From contig MEDY01000055.1 of NCBI GenBank assembly GCA_001724265.1, positions 1 to 64,000 on the forward strand: a DNA stretch of 64,000 nucleotides, given 5' to 3'. Below, piece after piece: positions 1 through 12,050 of the stretch. The number at the start of each line of letters is the position of its first letter. Positions within the stretch are counted from its first letter, which is position 1. The DNA comes from Rhizaria sp. SCN 62-66 (Eukaryota). The notes below the pieces were generated by a model, which ran no database searches, was not told the DNA's origin, and saw only the letters and a list, made by a program, of their open reading frames with translations. The position numbers and the translations under genes are program-made.

Positions 1-3000
1 ACGACGAGGACGCCGACAGCTTCGCCGCCGCGTCAGCCGCGGCGGCTGCGGGCGTGGCGGGGGCCAAGTACGGCGCCGCCGCGTCGGCCGCGGCCGCGAC
101 CTGGGCCGCCGAGGGCGCGAGCGGCACGACGGCCCCCGCGCAGGCGCGCGCGAGCGGCGAGAGATACGCTGTGGCGGCCGAGAGCGATTGGGGCACCGCC
201 AGCGCGGCGCCGGGCGGCAGCGCGGAACACGCGGGCGAGGACAGCAGGCCGCCGCCCGCCGCCACGGCCGAGGGCGCGGCGGCGATGGCGGCGGCGATCG
301 GGCACGGCAGTCCGGCGGCCGCGGCGGCGGCGGCGGCGGCGGCCGCGCGGCGGGTCATGTCGTCGGTCGGCGTGAAGGGGATGACTGCGCCGGCCGCGGC
401 CGAGAGCATGCCAGTGCCGACGGGGGCGCCCGTGGGTAGCGCGGCGAGAGGCAGCGGCGTCGGGTAGCCCGCGGGGGCGAGCGCCGAGGACGTGACGCGC
501 GCGGCGGCGGCAATTACGGCGGCGGCGGCGGCCTCGGGCGCGGTGTCGTCGCCGGCACGCTCGTCCGCGGCGGCTGCGGCGACGGCGGCAGCGGTCACGG
601 CCGTAATGTGCGCCGGCGGCAGCACGTCGGCGCAGCCCGCGAAGAGCAGCGGGTTGCGGAGCCCGCGCGTGGAGGCGCCCGGCGCGATAGCGGTGGTGAC
701 GTCCCCCGTGTCAGCTGCAAGCAGCTCCTCGACGTCGTCCTCGTCGTCGGTGTAGTCGCCGTCCGAGTCGTCCGAGCCGTCGGTAGCGCTGTGGTCGGTC
801 GCCGCGCCGCTCGCGGCGGACTCGCTGTCTTCGTTGTAGCTGCTGACGCTGTCGCTGCGCGCGGCGACGCGCTGCTGTTGCTGCTGCATCTGCTGCTGTG
901 GGTTAGAGAAGCTCGAGCTTGAGACCGGGGGAGTGGCCTGAGCCCGGCCAGGATTTCGACTGTTGTTGTTACTGTTCCTGTTGCTGCTGTTGCGCGCGAC
1001 GGGCTCGTCGTCGGAGGAGGGCTCCTCGGCGGGCCCGCCGGTGCCGCGGTCGCCGGTGCCCGCCGCCGCGACGGCCGCGGCCACGCTCGCGTTGCTGAAC
1101 GAGCTGTTCTGGCTCCGGCTCATCTCGCTGCCAGCTACACTCTTCGCACCGCCGCCGCCGCCGCTGTTGAAGAAGAAAGAGCTGGCGATCGACGGTGGGT
1201 TCGTAAGCCTCGACGCGTACGGGTTCACCTTGTCCGGCTCGTCGTCGTCCGCGGCGCCGACCCCGCCGCCGCTGGCCGCGCTCAGCGTCGAGGACGAGGC
1301 CGAGAGGCGGCTGGCGAAGGCCGCACGCTGCGCAGCCGAGGGGCCGGGCGCAGGGCCCTCCTTGACCAATGGCGCTAGGGCCTTGGGGTCAAAGGGGTAG
1401 TAGCCCAGCGTCGGCGCAAGCGTGAAGACGAAGGTGCGGCCGTCGAGAAAGAGCGACTCCGAGTCCTGCCAGCGCATGGCGAAGCAGCCGATAAGCCCGC
1501 GCGCGTGCTTGACCACGAGCAGCTGCGGCCCCGCGTTGCGCGTGCGCGCCAGCATCGTGGCGAGGCTGTAGCCGTGCAGCGAGGAAGAGTACAGCAGCAC
1601 GGGGTCGCGCACCTTGACCTTAGCGGGCATCCAGTGGTACAGCACCATGAAGTCGCGCATCGATAGCAGCGACATCGCCAGGTCGCTCGGCGGTTTGGGC
1701 ACATAGAAGCACTTCATGCCGCTAAGTCCCGGCGGCAGCGGGCCCACAGCGGGGCCCTGCTGCATGAGCCGCGTGATGTCCTTGCGCGAAATCCCCAGCG
1801 CGCGCGACTGCTTCAGCAGCCCTTCCACGTCGTCGACGGCCTGCAGCAGCGCGAGGTTGTGCAGGAACTGCGCACGGGAGCCCGAACGCGCCAGCACGGC
1901 CTGGTGTTGCGTGAGGAACGCGACGCCGACGGAGACAAACGCCAGCAGCCCCTCAAGCACGAAGTAGTCGATGAGGCGCATGACGGTGTTGACGGAGAAG
2001 AAGGACACAAAGAGGCGCGAGAACCAGGCCCCGAAGACGGCCGCCGGGTGCAGCCCCACGCTGCACATGGCCGCGTAGAGCGCGGGCGCCGTGGAGCGGA
2101 GCACGGCGGCCGCGGCGCGGCACAGCGCTACGAACGACTCGCCGTCGGTTACGAGTGCGGGGCCCGAGGCCGCGAGACCCAGCGAGGACGATACGCGGAC
2201 CCCGGGCTGCCCAGGCTGCTGCTGCTGCCTCTGCGCCGCCGCCGCCGCTGCCCGCGCCGCGGCGGCCGCGGAGGAGGAAGAGGCGGCGACGGACTTGCGC
2301 ACGAGCGCCTCGGCGCAGGCGTAAGCCTCCGAGGGGGACATGACCGTGAGTAGCAGAAAGACGAAATCGGGCAGCGGCGGGCACGCCGAGAGCTCTGGGT
2401 GGCGCGCGGCGACGAGCGTAAGAATTTGCTGGCAGTGGTACAGGTGTCCGCGCGGAGGAAACGGGTGCGCCGCGCCGCGGTACGGGTACATCGGCGCGCG
2501 GTCTGCCGCGGGCGGCGGCGGCGGGCCCAGCGGCAGCAGCAGCGCAGACGCCGCCGTCGGCGCCGGCGACGGGGACCGCGGGCGCTGCTGAGGCTGCGCC
2601 TGCGACAGCGGTTGCTGCTCAGTGGCGCGGGAGCGCGGGCGGGCGGGCACGACGAGCGAGGGCGCGGGGGCCGGGGCGAGCGCCGAGGCGGCCGCGGAGG
2701 CCGAGGGAGCCTGCAGCGGCACGGGGCCGGCGACGCTGGGCGGCGGTAGCGGCCCCATGGTCATCTGAGGCGCTGCAGTGCTGGTCACGGCGGCGGCGGT
2801 CACGGCGGCGACGGCGACGGCGGGGCCCTCGAGCGCGTCGGCCATGGCCATTGCGGTGCTCCAGTCGAACGGCGAGCCGAAGGACGGGATCGCCTGGTGC
2901 GGCACGCCGCGCGGCAGCGCGCCCGTGTTGGGGAACAGCTGCCGTAGCTTGCGCGCATAGTACCGGTCGATCTCGAAGCGCGTGATGGCGGCGCTCTCCT

Positions 3001-3328
3001 CGGGAGAGCGCCCGGGCACGGCGTCGTAGGCGTCGCCCAGCAAGCAGCGCCGCCAGAAGTCCGCGCGCGTGCGCCACGGCGTCCCGTCGGGGTGTGGGCG
3101 GCGCCGCGCCGGCGCGGGCGCGGCGACGGCTCCGCCGTGGCCGTGGCCAACGGGGCGCGCCGAGGCGGCAGTGGCAGCGGCAGCGGAGGAGGGTGCGGCG
3201 GCCCTCTGCGGGGCTGGCGCGGCAGGGGCGGTGCCTGAGCGCGAGGAAGCTGTGAATGTGGAAGAGCGAGGAAACGACTGCGCGGAGCCGACCTTGAGAC
3301 CGTCCATGTTGGACGCGGAGGGGCGCAT
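1..3328 (-). CDS. TBC1D24/Skywalker-like Rab-GAP TBC + TLDc domain protein (3' end runs off the window)
   Basis: ATG at 3328, frame appears open to the window edge, so it is absent from the ORF track. Contains 'QQILTLVAARHPELSACPPLPDFVFLLL' (cf. TBC1D24 '[27 protein letters not shown]') and 'WFSRLFVSFFSVNTVMRLIDYFVLEG' (TBC). TLDc start 'HWMPAKVKVRDPVLLYSSSLHGYSL...TFVFTL' follows, then a long low-complexity insert. Confidence 0.8.
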   Translation of the reverse strand, partial: MRPSASNMDGLKVGSAQSFPRSSTFTASSRSGTAPAAPAPQRAAAPSSAAAATAASARPVGHGHGGAVAAPAPARRRPHPDGTPWRTRADFWRRCLLGDAYDAVPGRSPEESAAITRFEIDRYYARKLRQLFPNTGALPRGVPHQAIPSFGSPFDWSTAMAMADALEGPAVAVAAVTAAAVTSTAAPQMTMGPLPPPSVAGPVPLQAPSASAAASALAPAPAPSLVVPARPRSRATEQQPLSQAQPQQRPRSPSPAPTAASALLLPLGPPPPPAADRAPMYPYRGAAHPFPPRGHLYHCQQILTLVAARHPELSACPPLPDFVFLLLTVMSPSEAYACAEALVRKSVAASSSSAAAAARAAAAAAQRQQQQPGQPGVRVSSSLGLAASGPALVTDGESFVALCRAAAAVLRSTAPALYAAMCSVGLHPAAVFGAWFSRLFVSFFSVNTVMRLIDYFVLEGLLAFVSVGVAFLTQHQAVLARSGSRAQFLHNLALLQAVDDVEGLLKQSRALGISRKDITRLMQQGPAVGPLPPGLSGMKCFYVPKPPSDLAMSLLSMRDFMVLYHWMPAKVKVRDPVLLYSSSLHGYSLATMLARTRNAGPQLLVVKHARGLIGCFAMRWQDSESLFLDGRTFVFTLAPTLGYYPFDPKALAPLVKEGPAPGPSAAQRAAFASRLSASSSTLSAASGGGVGAADDDEPDKVNPYASRLTNPPSIASSFFFNSGGGGGAKSVAGSEMSRSQNSSFSNASVAAAVAAAGTGDRGTGGPAEEPSSDDEPVARNSSNRNSNNNSRNPGRAQATPPVSSSSFSNPQQQMQQQQQRVAARSDSVSSYNEDSESAASGAATDHSATDGSDDSDGDYTDDEDDVEELLAADTGDVTTAIAPGASTRGLRNPLLFAGCADVLPPAHITAVTAAAVAAAAADERAGDDTAPEAAAAAVIAAAARVTSSALAPAGYPTPLPLAALPTGAPVGTGMLSAAAGAVIPFTPTDDMTRRAAAAAAAAAAAGLPCPIAAAIAAAPSAVAAGGGLLSSPACSALPPGAALAVPQSLSAATAYLSPLARACAGAVVPLAPSAAQVAAAADAAAPYLAPATPAAAAADAAAKLSASSS

Positions 3329-4009
3329 GGTGGCGGCGGAGCGCTGACGAGCGCGACAGGCCTGCGGAGATTCAGGGCGCGGGCAGGCAGGCAGAAGGGG
3401 TTCAGAGGCGTTTAATGGCAGATTAGGCAGAATCTCAAGTAGCAGTGGTGTAGGCACAATGTAGATATACGCGGATAGCGAGTGTTATAAGTTGAACGCG
3501 CGGTTTTAAAGACTGGCGGTAGTGAAAAGTCGGGAAACTCGCTGGAGAAATGAAATGACGCTAGACTCAGCAAAAATGTTGTGCAGCTCGACACAAAGGC
3601 CGTCAAAGTGCATTATCAAATCATGCCCAAATACAGAATCCAGCGTTCACCCATTAAGACTTATCAGAGAATTGTAACAATCTGGTAGACGCGAGATATT
3701 CCCTAGATTCATCACCCCCTTCCTCTCCAAACCCACGGCGCCCGGGTTGATCGACACCCGACCGTGGAAGGGTAGGTCTCAACTGGACAGCCAAAAACAA
3801 TTGCCAGGTATACCATACGCCGCCATAGCTTGCGTTTGATACCGTTACCCCAGCCTTTAAATTAGGCGCATGCATACATTCATGAAATAACATTTTACAA
3901 TATCGTGTCTATATGCCCCTGTGCGTGTTTCTGTCCTTGCTAACCGTTACACTCCTCGTCCCATACGTTTCCTGCTTTCCCTTGCTCCCGTCCCCTCCCA
4001 GCGCTTCCG

Positions 4010-5959
4010 ATGTCTTCCGCGGCAGCGCTTTCTGCCACCCACGGCGCTTTTCACCACTCCGGCGGCGCGTCCTCATCATCCCGCAAGCCCGCGGGCGCGG
4101 GCGCGGCCTCGGGCGGCGCGGGCTCGAAGCTTGTCGTGACGCACCACCCCGCGACCTACTGCAAGCGCGTCATCGCGCGCGTCGAGGAGCCCATCGCGCT
4201 CCCCGCCGCGCTCGCCTGGTCCATCATTGGCGACTGGGCCGCGGACTGGCTCTCGACCGACCTCGCCACCGCCGCCGCCTCCGTGGCGTCCCCGTCCGAC
4301 TCGCTCCTCGCCGCGCCCCCCGTCAACGCCGCCGCCACCGCTGCGGGCGCCGCCGCTGCTGGCGCGGCCGCGACGCCCGTCGCGTTCGTCGTGTCGCTCT
4401 CGCAGGACGGGCTGACGCGCGAGCTGCGGTCCGCCGCGGACGCTGCCACGCACCCGCTGTCCCCACGCGCGCAGACGATCCGCCCCGTGACCGAGACGCT
4501 GCTGTCACAGAACCCCGCGCAGATGACCTACACATACACCCGCAAGTGCGCCACCGCGCTCGCGTCGCCCGTCGCCGCGCTCGCCGCCGATGCCGCCGCG
4601 GGCCCGCTCTTCGCCGCCTCCGCCCTGGCCTCCGCAGCCAACGGCGGCAACGGCTCTGCCGAGACTGACGACGATGAGGGCCTCCGCGCCGCAGACGCCG
4701 CCGCGGCCGCCGCGCTCGCCGCCCACCGCGCCGCGGCCGCCGCGCGCCTTGCACCTTTTGCCCCCGCCGCCGCCGCGGCCGCCGCGGGCGACGCCGCGGG
4801 CGCCGAGGCCGCCGCCGAGGCCGCCGGCGCTGCCGCCAACGCGTGCCCCTACGCACGCGCGTTCGGCGCGGCCGGGCTGGAGGCGTCCCCGCTGGCGCTG
4901 ACGGACCGCGGATCGCCGTTCGCGGCCGCGTTCCCGTTTGTGAATCACGTCGCGACGTTCCGCGTAGTCCCCACCGCCTTCGACCGCTGTCTGCTCGTAT
5001 GGGAGATGTCGGCGCAGCCCTACATCCCGCCCTACTCGACCTCCGTGTCCACTGCGGCGTCGTCCTCTTCCTCGTCTTCCTCCGCGTCCTCGTCCTCATC
5101 GTCCTCCGCCTCGGGCTCGGTCGCCCCGTCCCCCGCCGCCGCCTCGGCGCCAGCCGCGGGCTCTTTCTCCGCGCTCGCGGCCTCCATGCGCGCCTCCTCC
5201 GCCGCCCGCGCCCGCCCCCCGGTCTCCACCACGAACGCTACTAGCAGCGCCAGCAACGCCAGCTGCGCCGCGCATGGCGACGACGGCGAGCCACTGGCGG
5301 TGCGCTGCGCGCGTGCCGAGCGCGACGTGTGGTTCGAGCTGCACCGCTCCATGCTCTGCTGCCTGCCCTTTGTCCGCGCCACTCTCGCGCCGCTCCTTTC
5401 GGAGCCCTCGCTCTCGGCCGGCCACGCTTCCGCGGCCGGCGCCGGCGGCTTCGTCTCGCCGCCCCCCGTGGCCGCGGGCGCGCTCGAGGCCCTGCGCGCG
5501 GCCGTGCCCGCCGCCTTCGTGCGCGGGCTCGCCGACCAGTGGCCCTCGGTCCTCCCCAGCCCCAACCCCGGTCCCAGCGCCAACAGCGGCGTCAGCTCGT
5601 CAGCCTCGACGGGCAGCAAGGCGGCCGCCGTGGCGGTTACGGGAGCGGCCCGCGCGACGCTGCCTGTGCTGGTCGCTGCGCTGGCGGCCGCGGCCGAGGC
5701 CGTCGAGGACTGGGAACGTCGCGCCGAGGAGAACCGCCGTGCGCGCGCGCGCTCGCCGCTGACACCGGCGCTGCGGCCGTTCAACCCCGTGCACTTCGTC
5801 GCCAGTTACATCATGCAGCACAATCCGAGCCAGGCGTCAGCGCAGCAGCACGGCGGGCAGGGCCAGGATCACGGCGCCGGCGCCGACGCCGTGGCGCAGT
5901 TCGAGGGCGCGATCGGACAGATGCTGCAGCAGCGGCAGGCGTCCTCGGCCAACGCATGA
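4010..5959 (+). CDS. SRPBCC/polyketide-cyclase-like domain protein with C-terminal Dpy-30/RIIa-like motif
   Basis: 649-aa intronless ORF ending in TGA. SRPBCC-like segments 'VEEPIALPAALAWSIIGDW', 'VTETLLSQNPAQMTYTY' and 'NHVATFRVVP...LLVWE'; C-terminal 'LPVLVAAL...PFNPVHFVASYIMQHNP'. Confidence 0.6.
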   Translation: MSSAAALSATHGAFHHSGGASSSSRKPAGAGAASGGAGSKLVVTHHPATYCKRVIARVEEPIALPAALAWSIIGDWAADWLSTDLATAAASVASPSDSLLAAPPVNAAATAAGAAAAGAAATPVAFVVSLSQDGLTRELRSAADAATHPLSPRAQTIRPVTETLLSQNPAQMTYTYTRKCATALASPVAALAADAAAGPLFAASALASAANGGNGSAETDDDEGLRAADAAAAAALAAHRAAAAARLAPFAPAAAAAAAGDAAGAEAAAEAAGAAANACPYARAFGAAGLEASPLALTDRGSPFAAAFPFVNHVATFRVVPTAFDRCLLVWEMSAQPYIPPYSTSVSTAASSSSSSSSASSSSSSSASGSVAPSPAAASAPAAGSFSALAASMRASSAARARPPVSTTNATSSASNASCAAHGDDGEPLAVRCARAERDVWFELHRSMLCCLPFVRATLAPLLSEPSLSAGHASAAGAGGFVSPPPVAAGALEALRAAVPAAFVRGLADQWPSVLPSPNPGPSANSGVSSSASTGSKAAAVAVTGAARATLPVLVAALAAAAEAVEDWERRAEENRRARARSPLTPALRPFNPVHFVASYIMQHNPSQASAQQHGGQGQDHGAGADAVAQFEGAIGQMLQQRQASSANA

Positions 5960-6665
5960 GCCGCGGCTGGCGAGGCAACGCAGCGCCACAGCCGGTGAAG
6001 GGCTATGAAGCGCAGTTGAAGTGACGATGATGAGCAAGTGTCAAGCCGTGACAGACAGTTTTTAGACGCAGTTACCAGTGTCTTGTATGCTGAGTTACGA
6101 TGATATTTCTCGAAGATGGCCACATTATGATTGAGATAGACTTGGTTTAGCGTGAAGCAGGCCTAAATATTATCTCAATAATACAATAAACAATTGAACA
6201 AGCTTTTACAATCATACTTTAGCACATAAAGTGAATGTACGAACGATGTGGCATGCTACTCTTAATTCAAATATTACGCTATATATTCGGCATGTACGAG
6301 ACAATAAACGTTTTACACAAAGAACACGAATTATAACAATATAAAACTGTATTCAATCTAACTAATGTAAACATAATTTTCAACTCTTCTAAAGAGCGAA
6401 AAATCAACAAATTGCGATTGGGTTGTAGTCTGACAACTCGAAACCACGTCAAGTAGACTAGGGAACCACGATAAGTGAACAAAGTAAAGAGAAACAACAC
6501 TTGATGACACTTTTCCGGTCTTTACTGAATAGAAAAAACACGAAGCAGTCAAAAAGCATCATATATCGTGTTATTTCTCTTCGTTTGCAGAGGTTTCACC
6601 AATCTGTCATCGATTTTCCTGATTTTCTTTTCTTCAACTGCTGCTCGTTATTTCAATCACCTCGC

Positions 6666-8078
6666 TTAGGGCTTGACGTAAACCTTGTCGTGCGACAGCG
6701 CCTTGATCATGCCCTCGAGCTGCTTCACCACGGCCTCAGCCTCGGCCTTCTTGCGCTTGCGGCTCTCGGTCTCGACCACGAGCGGGAAAGCCGCCAGCGC
6801 GCGCTCGGCCGCCGTGAGGCGCTCCTGCAGCGCCGCCAGCGTGGCCAGCCGCTCCGATTCGGGCATCAGCACCATCCCGCGCGACGCCTCGCGCGCGCGC
6901 GCCTCGGCCTCGGCGGCGGCGGCGGCCGCGGCGGCCTGCTCCTGCTGCCGCTGCTGCAGATACGCCGGCACGCGACCGTAGTCGTTGTGCACGTCCACTG
7001 GCCGGTGCGGGTTCGTCTAAATAGTTCCAAGCATAAATCAATATATCGCCAAATTGTGCAAAAATGAGGCGTACAACCCAAACAAGAATGATACGTAGTG
7101 CTATGTGAGCGTTTGTGAAAAGGAGTGAGTGTTGTAAAATGGAATACAGAATCGAGATTATATCCACCAAACAATACGATACTAGTACAAACTAAAGGCA
7201 AAGTACATGAAATAGTTAATTACATCCTGTAGCAAGAATTTGTCTCAATATTCAATTAATAAAGCGTTCAAAGCCACTTAAACGAGTGCTCCTATCGCAA
7301 CGTACCTCGGGCTCCGTGGCCCGGACGGAGCCGCTGTGGTAGTTCTTGGAGTTGAACTGCGAGCTCGTGATGGCGTCCACGGTGTTCTTGGCAACAAAGT
7401 TCACGTTCTCGCTGCGCGCGTGCGTGTCGGCAAGCGCGCGCGACTGCGCCGAGAGCTCCGCCTTGCTGGGCAGTGGGGCCTTGTTGACCCCGACACGGGT
7501 ATGCGGGCCGGCTGCCGCGGCGGCGGCGGCGGTGGCGGCGGAGCGGCGCGCGGCGGCGGCGGCGGCAACGCTGCTGCCAGACGCACGTGGCGCGTTGCCA
7601 CCGGCGGCGGACGACGCGCCGTGGCTGCTGTTGCTGTTGCCGTTGCCGCTGTTGATGCTAGGAACGGGGGTGGAGCGGGTGTCAGAGTGCAGGCGGCCGG
7701 GCACGTCCTGGAAGCGCGTCATCTTGAACTTCTCTGCGGCGGCCTGGTCCGCAGCATCGGCGTCACGCGCCTTGACAATCGCTTGCATGGACTTGATTCG
7801 CTGGCGGTTCTGCTGTGCGAAGTTGGGTTGCGCCGCGCTGCCAGCAGCGGGGCGAGGGGCGCCCGCGCGGGGACCGGCCTGGGGGCCAGCCATCGCACCA
7901 GCAGCGCCAGAGCCTACACAAGGAGAAGGATAATTATTCAATAATGCAATAAGTAAGAGTATATTGTGGATAACTGGACAATCACGTCGGTAGCTGTTGA
8001 GAAAAACGATGGGGAGGGGAGGGACTTACCGGACATGGCCTGCATCATGCGCTCACGCGCATTAGCGGGATTCTGCAT
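6666..8078 (-). CDS. Enkurin-domain protein (ENKD1-like), 3 exons: 8078-8030, 7913-7306, 7016-6666
   Basis: Phase-consistent GT-AG introns. C-terminal 'YGRVPAYLQQR...GMVLMPESERLATL...FPL...KVYVKP' is the enkurin domain. Ends in TAA. Confidence 0.8.
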
Positions 8079-8502
8079 AGAAGCACCGCTATGAAACCAA
8101 AAATTAAAGTAAGGAATGTAGTTGTTAGCTTACATTATATAACGAGAAGTCCAATTTAAAGTTGTGTGACGGCGGGTCATGCTGTACAGAGAACGTTTTT
8201 TTAAGAGGTCATCGGCCTCAACGGCTCGATTCCCTCTCCACCGTTCTTACTCCAGAAACACTAATCGTGCATTATCTCACAGGTTGAACAAGTTTTCAAG
8301 TTATAGATGCGGAATATATGAATTATGACTAATGTATTATTATGATACGGCACTATTTACTCTTGATTATGCAATTACATACGGATATTGTGTCAATATT
8401 ACTGATGGCCACAAACTTACATTGAATGGCCATACTACCACTAACAAAGCACGAGTTCACAGTATTATTCTCAGACTCTGCGTGTACATGTGCATATAGG
8501 TC

Positions 8503-10873
8503 TCAATCAGCCCCGGCGTCGGCGTCCGCGAGCGCCTGTGCGTTGGCAACGATGGCCTCGGCGAACTCGCTCGCCACGGCGTCCATGTCTGCGTCGCTGG
8601 CGGTCAACAAAGCGGTCACAGACTCGACGTCAACTGCAGTGGCACCAGCGGCACCACCAGCCACACCACCGAAACTATTGCTGCGACCATAAATACTGTC
8701 CATATTGTCATTATTCACGCCGTCGTCGCCGTTAGCGGCGCTGCTGAGCTGTTCGTTTTCGCTCTCTGCAATGGCGGCGGCGGCGGCGGCGAGGTCCTCA
8801 GGCGACAGCGAGGCCAGCAGAGCAACCACGTCCGTCTCTGTCTCCGTCTCAGACCCAGAGACAGACTGTGAGCCTGAGGTCGAGTCGACGTGCAAGTGGA
8901 GGAATTCAGCGTCTGCGTCTGCGTCTGCGTCAGAGTCGAGGAGCAGCGACATGAGGTCGATATTATCGCCGAACACGTCACTGTCATCGCCCCCACCATC
9001 GCCATTGTACACAGTCTCTGACGTCACCGTGTACGTCTCCACGGTGTTGCCGTCGGAGTTGCGATCGGTGCTCACAGTCTCTGTGCGGCTCTGTGAGTAA
9101 CCGACACCACTCTCAGTGCCGCGCACCTGCTGCTGTTGCTCACTCTCTTGCTGACTCTTTTCGCGGTTACTCACCATCGCGCCAAATCCAGCGCCCAACA
9201 GCTCAAACATGGCTTCTTCGCTCATATCTTCCAAATCATCGCCGAATACAGCAAACTCATCGTCGCTTTCAGACTCAGCCGTCGTGTCGGTGGCTTGACC
9301 CTTGGCCTTTTTGGGTCCCATAGAGGCAAACAAAGCGCGCGCTAATGCGTCAGCCTCTTCGTCGCTCATCTCATCACTCTCACCGTCAGAGACAGTGTTA
9401 CTTTCAATGTCACTGTCATCAACACTCGCATTGGCCATGTTGCTACGGTTCACACTCGTGGAAGCGTTGCCGTCATTGCCGGCGCTGTTCATTTTCGTGT
9501 CGTTCATCTACATCGGAACACCGCCGTCCACCCCATATCCCTCACTCTCCTCATACGCTATCCCGTCAGCGTTGCCATCGCCATTGGTTTTATCACTGAA
9601 GTTGTCACCGTCACCCGCACCGGCAGCGTTCCCGCGGCCCGTGAGCGCCTCCGGCCCGCCCATGGCGAGCACGTCGCGCCACAGCTCCTCCAGCGCGTCC
9701 CCGCCCTCCCCGCGGGCCGCCTTGACGTCTGCGGCGAAGCCGGCGCCGGCGCGGCGGGTGGCGATCGCGCCAGAGCCGTCGAGGTCCTGCGTGACCGAGG
9801 CGGACAGCGACGGGGACGAAGCGGGTGAGGAGAGGTCGTCGAGCAGCAGCGAGGAGTAAAGGCCGAGCACGACGGCCAGGCGGTCGAAGGCGGGCAGGGT
9901 GCCGTCTGCGAGTGGGGCGAGGTAAGGCAACGTTAGTTTCAGAGGGTAAACATAAACATAGTTGACGTGGGTCAGTGAAGAGAGAGTCAAGAAAAACTGA
10001 GAAAACGATTTAAAAAGTCAATATTAACATAATAGCTAAAACCCCGGATAAATTCACCTCATCAAATTGGTTTGTAAAGGTATAGCAAAGCTATATGACG
10101 ATTAAGTGTGTTATGTACGGTATGGCGTTGATGCGTACCGTCCTCTGGCGTGATGTAGATGTCCTTGTCTGAAAGCCCAATAAAGTGGTCAAACAGCGGC
10201 GCGGGCAGAAGGTGCTCGACGCGGATGCTGCTGCACGAGGCTAGGATGACGCAGTGAAAGCGTAAGAACGGGGACAGCGCCTACAAACGTGCAAAATAGA
10301 AAAAGACACGCATTGGTTCACATAATATAGACACATACGGGGTCAGCACAGAGGTATAACAAAGAAGGAGCATAAAAAAATTAGTATATATGAGATTCAC
10401 ATTGTTTCGTTACGTTTGTGACGTACCGCGACGGCGGAGCGTGCGGGCTGGACCGCGGTGTCGTTGAGCCAGGGAAAGGGCTCGGGCCAGCCCCAAACAA
10501 AAGGCTCCTTGACGCCGTGGCGGTACAGCGGGTCCGCGAACGGCGGCGTGACCATGTACGCGAACGAGTCCTGCGGGTTGCCAGTCTCCGAGGGCGTGAT
10601 GGTCTCGTTGTCGTTGGTGGTGTGGGCGAGCACGATCACCAGCGTGTCAGTCGGCAGATTCAGCAAGTCGCTCTCGGTGGGGCCGTAGAGGACGTGGGGC
10701 GCTTCGAAGTCGGGGTAAAACTTAAGAGCCTTGGTGATGGGAGTGATGTCCAGATCAAGGTCGCCCTCCTCGCCGAGGACGGCGATCACGGGCCGAAACG
10801 GGTCGCCCAAGGAAGCGGGCAGCAACGCGAGGAGCACCGCTGCACACAACAGCGCGTACAAGGATACGCGCAT
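8503..10873 (-). CDS. Secreted protein of unknown function with acidic D/E/S-rich C-terminal half; exons 10873-10427, 10280-10139, 9905-8503; one in-frame TAG (9508-9510)
   Basis: Signal peptide 'MRVSLYALLCAAVLLALLPASLG'; phase-consistent introns. The coding-like acidic frame continues 334 codons past the TAG to a TGA. Confidence 0.6.
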
Positions 10874-11381
10874 CACCTGGAGAGATATTATATAAGGGGC
10901 ACATGTGAAACAAATATAAGCACAAGAAACCGCATGTTAAATCCCGATTGACGATCAAATTGTGGTGAGGCCCAAGTGAAAATCATGTGCTACCCCCATG
11001 GTGTCACCACTCACGAACGGCTCGCTCAGCCTAAAGTTGCTTTCCGCAGTCACAGCGCGATAGAGACATTTCAGAGCGCACATAACGGGGTATCCGTAAG
11101 TTGAACTAAAGTATGTTGTATGTAATCTCACGCATAATTCCGCGGAGTGCATGTTTTGTTTGCGACAGCGCGCTTCTAGTGCTCGTCCCACCGCCAAGAC
11201 TCGGTCCCCACTCCTTGCATGTCCACACTAGCACAGCGTCTTTCGACACCACACCAGCACACACACACAGACAAGCGAGTCCCGCCGCCTCGACCGACGC
11301 CGACAATGCTCCGTCAAAGCCTCACGCCGTAGTTTCTCTTCATCCTCACCCAACCAATTCACTTTTCATCGTGCAGACATC

Positions 11382-12050
11382 TTAAATGGCCTCGGGAAGG
11401 TCCTCGACGAGCGTGCGCTTGCCGAAGATCGAGGGGCGGTAGATGCGACCGATGGGGCCCGACGACGGGGGCAGCTCGGTGACGAGCTCCTGAATCTCGT
11501 TCAGCCCGCCCTTGCGGAGCGACGCGCGGTGCTGGGCGACGCGGCGAACCTCCTGCTTGCGAGCCTCCTCGGACTCCTTGGCCTTGAGCACCAGAGCCTC
11601 CATGCGGTCGTACGCCTCAGGGTCCGCCACAGCCTCGTGGCGCACCGTCAGGGCCTCGCGCTGCGTCTTCTGCGTCTGCGCGAGGTCGGCCTTGGCCAGG
11701 CGCTGGCGCAGCGCATGCTGCGAGCGCAGGGAAGCCACCACGTCGGCCTGGGCCTGGAAGCGAACGCTCTCGCTCACGCTCGCGAACGAGCCAACAGGCT
11801 CCGCCGCCACAGCTGTGACAGGAAAAGGGAAAAGAAAGAAAGAAAAGAGGCCGTTTTAGAGGATACGCGCATTTTCAGAGACAAACATAGAAGTACAGGC
11901 TCGTAAGAGGGCGTGGAAGGGGAGAGGTGGGGGACCAGAGAAGGAGACGACGAGCGGTCAACAAATTAGGCAATATGTCGTGGACGTACCCGTGGCGAGG
12001 AAAGCCATAATCACTGCAAGAACGACAACAACGAGATTCGACATCATCAT
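11382..12050 (-). CDS. Small secreted coiled-coil protein; exons 12050-11990, 11812-11382
   Basis: A phase-1 GTACGT...CAG intron joins signal peptide 'MMMSNLVVVVLAVIMAFLATAVAA' to the 142-aa ORF. Ends in TAA. Confidence 0.7.
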
